64,000 nt of DNA from Histomonas meleagridis 2922-C6/04-290x (GCA_020184695.1 JAANOX010000002.1:310001-374000); one strand, 5' to 3'. Shown: positions 1 through 10,683, numbered from the stretch's first letter. Notes: generated by a model not told the origin, from the sequence alone. Numbers and translations: made by a program.

Positions 1-1065
1 CTAAAAACAAAAACGTTTTGTATTGATTGCCCAAATGTTGAAACTGTTTCAAAAACATTTCAATTTTATGATTACATATACCAATGTCAATCACTTGACC
101 AAGAAACAGAAACATTACTTAGGGATTCTTTGGATGAAATGGCTGATAATTATTCAAAGATTACTGATAGTTCTTCTATGGTATTTGCTTGTTATGGAAG
201 GCTTGTACAGAAAGCTTTAAAGAGTTTAAAGGCAAGGAACAAATTAAATACTTTTCCATTATGGATTCCGATTATTAAGAAAATTGTTCATAAGTTCTTG
301 GCAACAGGTTTCGTTCATATTACAGCACAGAGAACTATTGACGTGATACCATTTCTTTTCCCATTTGATGATGAAGATACAACGAAAAAAACAATTGACA
401 TGTTAGTTGATTTGATTTTAAGCTCTAATAATGATGTTCAAGTATCTATTGTCCAAGCAATTCTTTCTATATATACTAATGAGATCCAAAACGAGTTCAA
501 AGAACTTTTATTTATACAATGTAATCCAATATTAGAATTAAAAGTATCTGAACCACTTGTTAAAGTGTTTCTCAAAAATCCCGAATTTGATCTTACGAAA
601 GATAATGTCTTTGAATGTTTTTCTCGAATGATAAAATTTTGGCCGTCATACACCAAAAGTGCCAACGATATAATCATTCAAAATTTTGACAAATTGTCAG
701 ACGATAAGCGCTGTCACTTTTTGGAAGCTAATAATGATAATTTCGATTCAATATCAAATATTTGGTCAATATATTTGTCACCTAAAAGTGATAAGTTTAA
801 TGAAGATGTATATGATAAGAATAGTTCCATAATTTTGGAAAATATAAAAAATATTTTACATAATGGAAAAAATGCATTTGAGGTAATGAGTTATTTGGAA
901 TCTGCAGAATTAAAAGAAAAGAAAATCGGTGAAAATGAAACAAAGCAATGGTTCTTAGTTCGTTTGATGCCGGAAATTGTCGAATTGTTATCAAGCGAAA
1001 ATGAAGAAAAAATAGCGAAAAAACTTTTGTCGATTGTATCGCCAATACTATCAAAAATTGTTTAA
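1..1065 (+). CDS. Hypothetical helical protein, 5'-truncated by the window edge
   Basis: Frame 1 is open from base 1 (LKTKTFCIDCPNVETVSK...) through the 130..1065 ORF. No recognisable motif. Confidence 0.65.
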   Translation, partial: LKTKTFCIDCPNVETVSKTFQFYDYIYQCQSLDQETETLLRDSLDEMADNYSKITDSSSMVFACYGRLVQKALKSLKARNKLNTFPLWIPIIKKIVHKFLATGFVHITAQRTIDVIPFLFPFDDEDTTKKTIDMLVDLILSSNNDVQVSIVQAILSIYTNEIQNEFKELLFIQCNPILELKVSEPLVKVFLKNPEFDLTKDNVFECFSRMIKFWPSYTKSANDIIIQNFDKLSDDKRCHFLEANNDNFDSISNIWSIYLSPKSDKFNEDVYDKNSSIILENIKNILHNGKNAFEVMSYLESAELKEKKIGENETKQWFLVRLMPEIVELLSSENEEKIAKKLLSIVSPILSKIV

Positions 1066-1624
1066 ATAGTAAATAAATATAAATATGTGTTTAGTATTTT
1101 TATGCATTTATTTTGCTGTATGAAATTTTTCTACATGTTGTTATGTAAGAACTTCATCTATCAATATTGATTTTGGTGAAATATTGATTCTATTCATTCA
1201 TCGTTTGATGCTTTAAAGTTCATAGTAGTTATTTATTTATTGTTATTATTTATTACATCAAAATATGTTACTTTATTTTTAATAAAAAATATAATTCAAA
1301 ATTTATAATATCTCCTAAACGATATGGAAAATTATTCAACCTTAAATGATAATATTTGATTAAGTTTTCATTTCAAAAATATGTGTAGATTTAATCTCAA
1401 AGATCAATATCATATAATAATATTTTTGAAATTCAAGTTTAAAATTTTATTGAAACATTGTCTTTTGTTTTTCTGGGGACAAATCAATACCCAGCGTTAT
1501 TTGTATTCAAATTTCCGTCCGACGGTGTCGACATTTTTAATAAGAGCCGTCGACTAATTTCAATTTCTATACCCACAGCGCTGAATAATTTGTGAATAAA
1601 CAAAAAACTTCACAGAAAAAAAAA

Positions 1625-4600
1625 ATGTTTCTCATGTTGCTTTACCTTTGTTTTGCTTCTAATAACTTTAAATATTTAACTTCTATGGGAAAGAAAATTA
1701 CATTCGATTCAAGTAATCAAAAAAGAATACTATCAGATCAAAGTGCATGGGCTTATGTTCGCTTTAATGAAAATTCAAATTTTGATGAAATAAAGGCAAA
1801 GGGAATTAATTTATGTAGAAATGCTCTTGTATATAAGAATGTTTATAAGCTTTATTTAAATGCATCTCAAATATCTTATCTTAAAAGTTTAGCAATGATA
1901 AATATAATACAGCCAAAAGATAAAATTTTTGATAATAATGATATTAATACTGCAAAATACTTATATGCACAAGGTTTGTTTGCTGAAAATGAAATACCTA
2001 TTGATTCAAAACTCTATAAAATTATTTATAAAACATCAAACTCACTGATTATTAAAACAAAGAAACCAAAAGAAGCAGCTAAATATTTATCTCATATAAT
2101 TGGAGCTGAGCATATTGGAAAATTTTCATACCCATCATCATCTAATAATATGGCTGCTGGTTATTCCCAACAAAATACAGAAAATATTAGTACTGATAAA
2201 TATAATAATTCAGGTATTGTTCGATATTTAGAAAACAAAGGAATTAATGGAAAAGGTCAAATCATTGCATTACTTGATTCAGAAATTGATTATTATCATA
2301 CATTATTTTATGATCCAAATACAACTTTAATATTTAATCAATCTATTCCAAATCATAGAAAGTTCACTTATTTTTATAATGAGTTTCAAAATGAAACAAG
2401 ATATTATGAAGTTATGACGAAGGAAGCTCACGGCACACATGTTGCAGGCATAATTTCAGGTAAAGCATATGATGCAAACAGTAAAATTAATTCATATAAT
2501 GGCATTGCACCAGAATCAAAGTTGATGTATTTAGGAAGATTTGAAAAAACACGAAATGAAAACTTGTTTGATACTGATATACTTGATCAAAGATTATATG
2601 AGGGAAAAGCAATTTCATTTTCAAATTCATGGGGTTATAAAGAAAAATATATTTATATCGGAAAAGTCACTGTTGGACATATTGATTCAATTATATATTA
2701 TAACAAATCTGGACAAAGTTGTTTATATTTATTTGCAGCAGGAAATGACGGGAAAACACATCCCTATTATTCAATTGATTATCCTTCTTCAGGAAAAAAC
2801 ATTCTTTCAGTTGGAGCTTCGGATAGAGTTTATGGTTATAAAAACTTTAATATATCAATTTCTTTAGATAAGCAAAATATACCATTATATTTCATAGGTA
2901 CACATCCTGAAACATATATTGTTGAATTACCAAATAAAATTTATCTTTCAGATGTATATGATTTCAATTCAACGAGTGGAATAGAAAAAATACTATATAT
3001 TGGTGAAAAAGAAGCAATGAATTATTTTGAGATAATATTAGATGTGTTCGAACAAATTAAAACTTATTCAATTTCTGCAATTCTTTTTGATTTTAGAAAA
3101 GAATTAGTTGACAAATTGTATGATACTATAGTAACAATTCCAATGAATTTTTTATTTACTTATCAAGACGGTGTTTTATTAAATCACTGTGGTAAAGATA
3201 TAAATATAAATATAACATATGATTCAATAATTGGAATTAAAAATATTGATAAAGTTGACCTTTCATCAGTAGGTCCTACATTACGTGGAATTATTAAACC
3301 AGATATATTAGCCCCTGGAACTGATATTTTCAGTGCGAATTCATCAACTACAATTAATAAAAACCATGGTTCAAAAAATGAAGATTTTAAAAAGCATTTG
3401 ACAATGATGACAGGTACATCAATGGCTACACCTAATGCTGCAGGTGCTTCAGCATTAATTGCTCAATACTTAACAGATGGTCATTATTTAAATGAAACTG
3501 TACAAATAAATTCATTTTTATTAAAATCATTGTTAATTAATTCAGCTTCTAGGAAAGATGGAACTTCAACTCCAGATTGTTATATTGGACATGGCGCAAT
3601 TGATATTTCTACAATTTTACCATTTGAAGATTCCAATTTTGGTTTACGTATCACAGCAATTAAAAAAATGGAAATAGGACAAACTCATCATGTAGGTTAT
3701 ATTACAGTTACATCGAATTTAACATCACTTAAAATTGTTTTATGCTCAGTTGATATACCATTGAGTTTAGACTCATTTATACCTATTTATTATGATTTAG
3801 ATCTAGTCGTTAAATCACCAAGTGGTAAAATTTATAAAGGTAATAATCATACACATGATACAGAACATTTAACATTGAATGAAAAAGTTATAATTCCTCA
3901 ATCAGAAATTGAGTTAGGGAAATATGAAATTCATGTAATTACTAATGTTAAAATTCAAGATGATAATGTACGTTATGTTATATCTGCAGTTGGACCATTT
4001 AATCACACTGATATTACGTCAAATCCAAAGTATATTGAAATGAATAATACAAATCAATGTATCACTTCATCTCAAATTAATAATAATATCAAATGTGAAA
4101 ATGGAAGATTTAAATGCCCTGAAGATTATACAGGTCAATTATGCACACAACATATACAAAATTTAGAAGCATTTAATAATTATACTATAGTTACAGTTCC
4201 TCCAAATGAAATTCGATATTTTAAATATTCTCATATGAATGATTATGATAAAATGATCATTACAACAATAGCATTAAATGGTTGGAATAATAATTCAATG
4301 ATTTGGGAAATGGGTTCACCAGAAAATTATATTCCAGCATTAGCAAATTATAATCAATATATTCCAATAATTAATTATCCAAGATTTGGACCTATATCTG
4401 CATTATCACACTACCGTTTTGATAATTCTAAAAATTATCCAATAATCAATTCTAAAGAAGATCATTATTTTATGATTATTAATAATTTTGCACACCATAC
4501 TGATTTCTTAATATTATTCGTTAATAAACCTAATGATGGACCTATTTGTTTTTGCTCAAATAATAAGTGCTCTGATTCAAATATATGTCAACATCAAAAC

Positions 4601-5428
4601 ACTTATAATGATATCAATCAATTATTTGGATTATTCCCTTATGTTAATAATACAACCACTTATGTTGATATGGACTTAAGAATTCTAGCATTATATTTAA
4701 CATTTGGTAATTTATCTTTGGAATTACTTAACAAAAATGGTCCCAAACGTATTATTGAGTTAATCAATATAACAGATTCTGCTAAATTCGAAACTAAAAT
4801 GAAATTAACAGCTAAGGATTTAATTATTCAACTTGGAGAGCTGCAAGAATCAGAAATAATTAAGTTTGGTTATTTAAATCTTACAAATGTTACTATAATT
4901 CCAAATGTTAACAAGTTAAATATTGACGAACTAATTATTGACATTGAATCATATAATGAAACATTCATCTCAAAACATATAACAATAATAGATAACAATT
5001 TAATTTCATCAATCGAAGTTTATAATCAAGAAATTCTATTTAAGAATTTTGATGGTACTTTGAAAAGAGTTAAGTTACAAGATAATATGGAATTAATACT
5101 TCAAACAAATCGTCCATCAGATTCTATTTTGTCTGTTATTAAAGGTCAGAAAGGTGATTTACAATTACCTAATGATGTTACTATTAGAATTGTTCCAACC
5201 AAATCTGATGGAAGTAATATTAAGATTGATGAAAGTCTTAAAAATATTATTGAAATTGGTAATAACGATGATGGTAAGCATGAAGGCCGAGGATTAAGTA
5301 ATGGTGCTATAGTAGGAATTGTCATTGGTTGTATTGCATTTATGATAATTCTTGCTGTAATAATTGTATTTGTAATACATAAAAATAAAGAGACAAATCT
5401 CGTACCAGGTAATTTTCAGATACAATGA
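1625..5428 (+). CDS. Membrane-anchored subtilisin-like serine protease (peptidase S8) with EGF-like segment and C-terminal TM helix
   Basis: Catalytic motifs LLDSEID, HGTHVAG, AAGNDG and GTSMATP. Signal-like start MFLMLLYLCFA at ATG 1625. Cys pattern CENGRFKCPEDYTGQLC. TM segment GAIVGIVIGCIAFMIILAVIIVFVI followed by a short basic tail. Confidence 0.93.
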   Translation: MFLMLLYLCFASNNFKYLTSMGKKITFDSSNQKRILSDQSAWAYVRFNENSNFDEIKAKGINLCRNALVYKNVYKLYLNASQISYLKSLAMINIIQPKDKIFDNNDINTAKYLYAQGLFAENEIPIDSKLYKIIYKTSNSLIIKTKKPKEAAKYLSHIIGAEHIGKFSYPSSSNNMAAGYSQQNTENISTDKYNNSGIVRYLENKGINGKGQIIALLDSEIDYYHTLFYDPNTTLIFNQSIPNHRKFTYFYNEFQNETRYYEVMTKEAHGTHVAGIISGKAYDANSKINSYNGIAPESKLMYLGRFEKTRNENLFDTDILDQRLYEGKAISFSNSWGYKEKYIYIGKVTVGHIDSIIYYNKSGQSCLYLFAAGNDGKTHPYYSIDYPSSGKNILSVGASDRVYGYKNFNISISLDKQNIPLYFIGTHPETYIVELPNKIYLSDVYDFNSTSGIEKILYIGEKEAMNYFEIILDVFEQIKTYSISAILFDFRKELVDKLYDTIVTIPMNFLFTYQDGVLLNHCGKDININITYDSIIGIKNIDKVDLSSVGPTLRGIIKPDILAPGTDIFSANSSTTINKNHGSKNEDFKKHLTMMTGTSMATPNAAGASALIAQYLTDGHYLNETVQINSFLLKSLLINSASRKDGTSTPDCYIGHGAIDISTILPFEDSNFGLRITAIKKMEIGQTHHVGYITVTSNLTSLKIVLCSVDIPLSLDSFIPIYYDLDLVVKSPSGKIYKGNNHTHDTEHLTLNEKVIIPQSEIELGKYEIHVITNVKIQDDNVRYVISAVGPFNHTDITSNPKYIEMNNTNQCITSSQINNNIKCENGRFKCPEDYTGQLCTQHIQNLEAFNNYTIVTVPPNEIRYFKYSHMNDYDKMIITTIALNGWNNNSMIWEMGSPENYIPALANYNQYIPIINYPRFGPISALSHYRFDNSKNYPIINSKEDHYFMIINNFAHHTDFLILFVNKPNDGPICFCSNNKCSDSNICQHQNTYNDINQLFGLFPYVNNTTTYVDMDLRILALYLTFGNLSLELLNKNGPKRIIELINITDSAKFETKMKLTAKDLIIQLGELQESEIIKFGYLNLTNVTIIPNVNKLNIDELIIDIESYNETFISKHITIIDNNLISSIEVYNQEILFKNFDGTLKRVKLQDNMELILQTNRPSDSILSVIKGQKGDLQLPNDVTIRIVPTKSDGSNIKIDESLKNIIEIGNNDDGKHEGRGLSNGAIVGIVIGCIAFMIILAVIIVFVIHKNKETNLVPGNFQIQ

Positions 5429-5999
5429 ATATAACACATTAAATAATGAAGATCTTAGATATACTCAGTAATCAAATTAAACAAAAAAATTAATATAAAT
5501 AAAAAATCAAAAATTAAGATGTGTATTGTTATATTTCCTAAAATAATATTTAATAATGCTACGAGTGATTAATTTTTTGGAAATAAATAATTTTTGACCA
5601 ATTATAATACAAAATAATTCATAAATTGCATTTTGTTTTAGACTTCTTGATAAAGTTTTAATATTATTTTCCATTGACCGTCTAGCTTTATTAGTGAATG
5701 ATGATCAATAAAACTTGTTTCATAAAAATTTTCCATAGCAACTCTTTTTAAAATTTACACTTTTAGTTGTTGAAGTTTTTGGATTCCTTCGTACTATTTA
5801 CGTCGGTGCATAAATTTTTTTTAACTGTGATATTGAAAATTTGGTTTAACACATGTTCTCTGATCTGTAAGTTAAAAAAATATATTTATATTTAAAAAGA
5901 TAAGATGAGTTCATGAAAAATAACTTTAATATCGAATATATTATTTTATTATATATTTTATGGCTAAGAATATCTCAATAAGATTCCAAATTTATTGGA

Positions 6000-7088
6000 A
6001 AGTATTAATATCCTCTTTTATATTTTCAGTATCCAGAATAAAGAAAATATATTTTATGAATTTTTAGAAACGTTTCTTCGGAAATCAGAAAATTTAATTG
6101 AAAAAATAATAAAAATCCTTTTAATAGACGAATTGCCAACGAAAATAATATATTTTATTCATGAATACTAGTTATGTCAAAAAGTTTGATAATCATGAGT
6201 TTTCTTCATTACTTTCATATCATATTAATCATCGCTTTTTAACATTAAAAAATTATATACTACAAAATGAGCTCAACATTTTGTTAACACTTTTTTATGA
6301 TATTCAAACTCCTGATATATTTATCATCTTATATAAAGAATTACTTTTAAGGCGATTAATATTGGGAAAAAATACACAAAAGATGCTGATGCACGTTTTC
6401 TTAAATTATTTAATAATAATCTATTAAATTCCTTTATAAATGATTTTAATTATCAAAATAACTTTGTAACTTCAAATTCAAAAGATTTATTGCGTTTTTG
6501 TGTTTTAAATTCTTTTTTCATTACGGAAAATCATCTTTTTAACTTAACATTTCCTTTAAATATTGTTAATTCAATAAAAACTTTCTAAGAGAATTATAAT
6601 AAAATTCATGCAAATGTTGTTTTGTATTGGGATTTTACTTTATCGTTATGTGCATTATAAGTTCTTAATATCGGAATTTTATTAATTGCACTTGATACTG
6701 CGAACGATAGATATGATATCTCAAAGCAAACAAATTTACCAAATGCATTAGAGAAAATGTTAAATTATTTAAATAAGATTCAACTAATAAAATTTAATAA
6801 AAGTATCATAAGATTAAATAAAGGTTTCGCGGAAGAAAATTTAATCATTCCAAATTTATCGAATATGTGATTAATGTTCCTCATGAAAGTTATAATGTTC
6901 CACAAATAGATTCATTAATCGTAAGATATTTAAAAATTAATAAAAAGGTTAAAATTGACCATTTGTATAAAATCGTTGATGATAATTTAAATATACCAAA
7001 AAATGATTTCGATGATAGAATTAATTCTTTGATTAAAAAAGAATTTATTAAGAAAGATGAAAATGATTTCGTTGAAATTAATTTTTGA
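6000..7088 (+). pseudogene. Degenerate cullin-like gene (C-terminal half)
   Basis: DIFIILYKELLLRRLILG resembles the cullin KDVFxxxYxxxLAKRLL motif. QIDSLIVRYLKINKKV...DFDDRINSLIKKEFIKKDEN resembles the neddylation winged-helix domain. Broken by in-frame stops and frameshifts. The 5' limit is approximate. Confidence 0.7.
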
Positions 7089-7504
7089 TTTTTTATAAAA
7101 ATTAAAGTAATGTGTTATTAAAACCTAAAAAAATGATCACTTTATATAAAACTTTTGTTGTATTTAAGGGTTAGCTCTATGTTCAGTCGTAAACCAAATC
7201 TAAGAATGATTTGAATAAATTTTGATTTTATTGAATTTTTTTTTGTTTTTTAATAGCTAAAACCAAACTTATTTTTCCCAATAGTTTGTAGATGCATTTC
7301 AAGTGTTTGTGATAAATCACAGACAAGAGTAAAAACAAGGTTTTTAAAATTTGAAATTAATGATTACAAACATGAAACGGTTTTCCTTCCAAATAAACTA
7401 TATAAAATTGAGCGAATTAAATTCGTTTTTCTGTTGCTGAATAACACTTTAGTTGTAAATCATTAAATTTATTATTATTAACCTCAAGCTCAATAAAATT
7501 GCCA

Positions 7505-10500
7505 ATGGAAAACCAGGAAAAAGAATCTTTGCATATGTTAAAAACTCTCCAAAATATCACATTAAACATGAACGAAATAAGTAAGTTGAGTGATGTTCAA
7601 ATGACATTAGATCTTTTTGATAATAATTTTCCAATTTCTTTTAATTTTGTTCTTTGTCATTCGGTATATTCATCTTTTGTTTCTAGGATGAAAGACTTCA
7701 ATATTTATTTAGATTTTTTGCAGGCAATTGAAGCAAAAGAAAAAGAATTATTCAAAATTGATTCCAATATTTTTGATATTTTTTCACATATTCTTCTTAT
7801 CAAAACAACTCAAGAATCAGATTATCTTTTAGAAAAGCTCTATGAGAAAAATATTATTAGTGATGAAATTCTTAAGCGTAAAAATTCATTTTATTTTGCA
7901 CAATACAAAACTTTAGATGAACTCAAAAATAATGAATATGAACCTTTTTCAGAACAATTTCTAGATAATTATGAAGAACTTTCAAAGAATGATTGGGAAC
8001 TTCATAAGAAATACATTACAGAAGGAGTTAATCCGAATGAAATTGCGAAAATAATTCGAAATGATGAAATAGAAAAACTTCAAGAAATATCATCAAACGA
8101 AAATTTTGATTTTAATCAAATTATTGAACCATCACTTTATGAAAGATGTTCATTTATTAATCAAAGCAATGTTACATTAATTGAATATGCAGCATTTTTT
8201 TCTTCAGTTGAATGTTTTAAATATTTACTTATGAATAATGCAAAAATAGAAAAAACAGGTAAATATGCAATTGCAGGTGGAAACTTAGAGATAATTCATT
8301 TATGTGAGCAAAATCATTCATCATTTGAAGGCGCATATTCAGCAGCAATTGAATTCCATCGCAGTGATATAATGCAATATGTACATGAAAACGAAATTTT
8401 AGACGTAAGATATATTGCCGAATTTGGAAGACAATCCATTTATCATAATAACTATGAACTTTTCATATATTTCAAAGATGAAGGAATGGAAATCGATGAT
8501 ACTTTCATAAATGAAGCAGCAAAGAATGGAAATATATTTCTTGTTCAATATTTTAATGAAGAAGTTCAAATAGCAAATGATGTTTTAGTAGCAGCTTCAA
8601 AATCGGGTAATTTAGAATTAGTTAAATATCTTATAACACAAAAGAAAATCAATGTAAATGTTAAAGATATTCAATATTTCTATTTAATGTTAATTTCGTG
8701 GGAAATGGATTTCTTTAAAATATTTAATTTTCATTGGTATTGTTTGATACAGCACTTATAGTTGCATCTGAATATGGGAATACTGAATTAGTTAAATTTC
8801 TTCTCGAACAAGAAGATATTAATGTTAGTGCAAGAAATGTTTTTTAGTTTTGTATAAAATATCTTTCTAAAATTTGATGTGTTTTAATAATATTTGGATT
8901 TAATTGTAATCATTTAAAACAGCACTTATTTGGGCATCACAATATAATAATATTGAGATATTCAAAATGCTTATTGAACAAAATGATATTGATGTTAATA
9001 CAAGAGATATTTATCAAACTTTTTTACTGTTCATTTTAATGAATTAGATTTTATTTTGTTATTTTTATACTGCACTTATGTATGCATCTGAAAATGGTTC
9101 CATAGAAATGGTTAAATTACTTCTTGCAAATAAAGAAATTAAATTGAATGTGTGTGATTTTTTTTGATTTTGTTTGAAATTTGTTTTATTTATTTAATAT
9201 TTCGAAATAATATATGGAAATTATTCAAATTATTTAGAACAGCGCTTATAAGTGCATCTGAAAATGGTCACATAGAAATAGTTAAATTACTTATAGAGCA
9301 TAAAGGTATTAATATAAATTGTAAAAATGGATATCTGAATTATATATTATTTATTTGAATAATTTTTGATTTCAAAATAATATTTGGAATTGATTTATAT
9401 TATTTTATACACCACATATCTTAGCTTATAACAATGGTCATATTGATATCGTTAAATTACTTCTTGAACAAAAAGGAATTGATATTAATGCTAAAAATAT
9501 TTATTTGTTTTATATAATATTTACTTTAATAATTTTGGAATATTTCAAAATGATTTTTGGAAATTATTTGAATTTTTTTATACAATACTTATGTATGCAA
9601 CAGAAAAAGATGATATAGAAATTGTTAAATTCCTTCTTGAACAAAAAGAAATTAATGTTAATATTAAAAATATATTTTTGTTTTATTTTGTATTTGTTTT
9701 AATATTTCAGTATTTCAAAATAATATATGAAAATTATTTTAATTATTTCAAACAGCACTTATGCTAGCATCAAATCGAGGATATACAGAAATTGTGAAAT
9801 TACTTCTTGAACAAAAGGGAATTGATGTTAATGCTAAAGATAAAATTTATTTTAATAATATGATATTTCAATATAATAAATGGAAATTAATTAAATTATT
9901 TCAAACAGCGCTTATTCTTGCATTAAAAAAAGATCATTCAGATATAATTCCATTACTTCTTAAACAAGAAGGAATTGATGTTAATGCTAAAGATATTTTT
10001 CTTTTCTAATTGAAATTTCATTTAATAATTTTGGATTTTTAAATAATATTTGAAAATTATTGAAATTATTTAAAACAGCACTTATTTTATCAATAGAAAA
10101 TGGTAATCCAGATATAGTGAAATTACTTCTAGCACAAAAAGGAATTAATGTGAATGTTAAAGATATTTGTTTGTTTTGTTTGAAGTTTATTTTAATAGTT
10201 TGATATTTTAAAACAATATTAGGAAATTTAACAAAATATTTAATACAGCACTTATTTTAGCATCTGAAAGAGGTGATATAGAAATAGTTAAATTACTTCT
10301 TGAACAAAAAGGAATTAATGTTAATTCTAAAAGTATTAATATATTTTATTTGTTATTTATTTTAACAACATATTATTTTAAAACAATATTTGGAAATTAT
10401 TCAAATTATTTAGAACAGCACTTATAAATGCATCTGAAAATGGTCACATAGAAATAGTTAAATTACTTATTAAACAAGATGGAATCAATATCAATGCTAG

Positions 10501-10683
10501 AGATATTAATTTGAATTATTTAATATTTATTTGAATAATATAGAATTTCAAAATAATATTTGGAATTTATTTATAGTTCTTTATACTGCAATTAAAGCCG
10601 CTGCTAATAAAAATATCGAGATATTGCTCCAAAATTCAAATAAAAGAACGACTCTTCAGAAAAATAAACGCTCAAAAAAATGA
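7505..10683 (+). CDS. DUF3447-type ankyrin repeat protein interrupted by 46 x 17-nt non-canonical spacers (798 aa if all are removed)
   Basis: N-terminal TLIEYAAFFSSVECFKYLL / YAIAGGNLEIIHLCE. It is followed by eleven 90-nt TAL...NAKD ankyrin cores starting at 8749, 8919, 9069, 9239, 9409, 9582, 9752, 9905, 10075, 10245 and 10415, plus a terminal block 10585-10683. 3179 nt minus 46x17 = 2397 nt = 799 codons with one terminal stop. Confidence 0.85.
8669..10584 (+). repeat. About 170-nt periodic array: 90-nt ankyrin core plus 80-nt AT-rich gap made of (17-nt spacer + codon) modules
   Basis: Gap lengths counted by hand: 80,80,60,80,80,83,80,63,80,80,80,80. Confidence 0.92.

Noticed and set aside
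9164-10009. Small ORFs 9164-9358, 9761-10009 and 40775-40963 as separate genes
   Set aside because: They are ankyrin cores read into adjacent gaps and belong to the larger interrupted genes.
8669-10584. Canonical GT-AG or AT-AC introns explaining the ankyrin gaps
   Set aside because: The ACAG in ACA GCA is not conserved (ACT GCA, ACA CCA and ACA ATA occur) and no GT lies in a compatible phase. An AT-AC cut at the Thr codon would delete the Thr and the hairpin. There is no ACTAAC branch motif.
8669-10584. Stop-codon reassignment or simple U-deletion editing
   Set aside because: Most gaps shift the frame (80 mod 3 = 2) and contain many A residues. Other genes in the window use TAA, TAG and TGA as normal stops.
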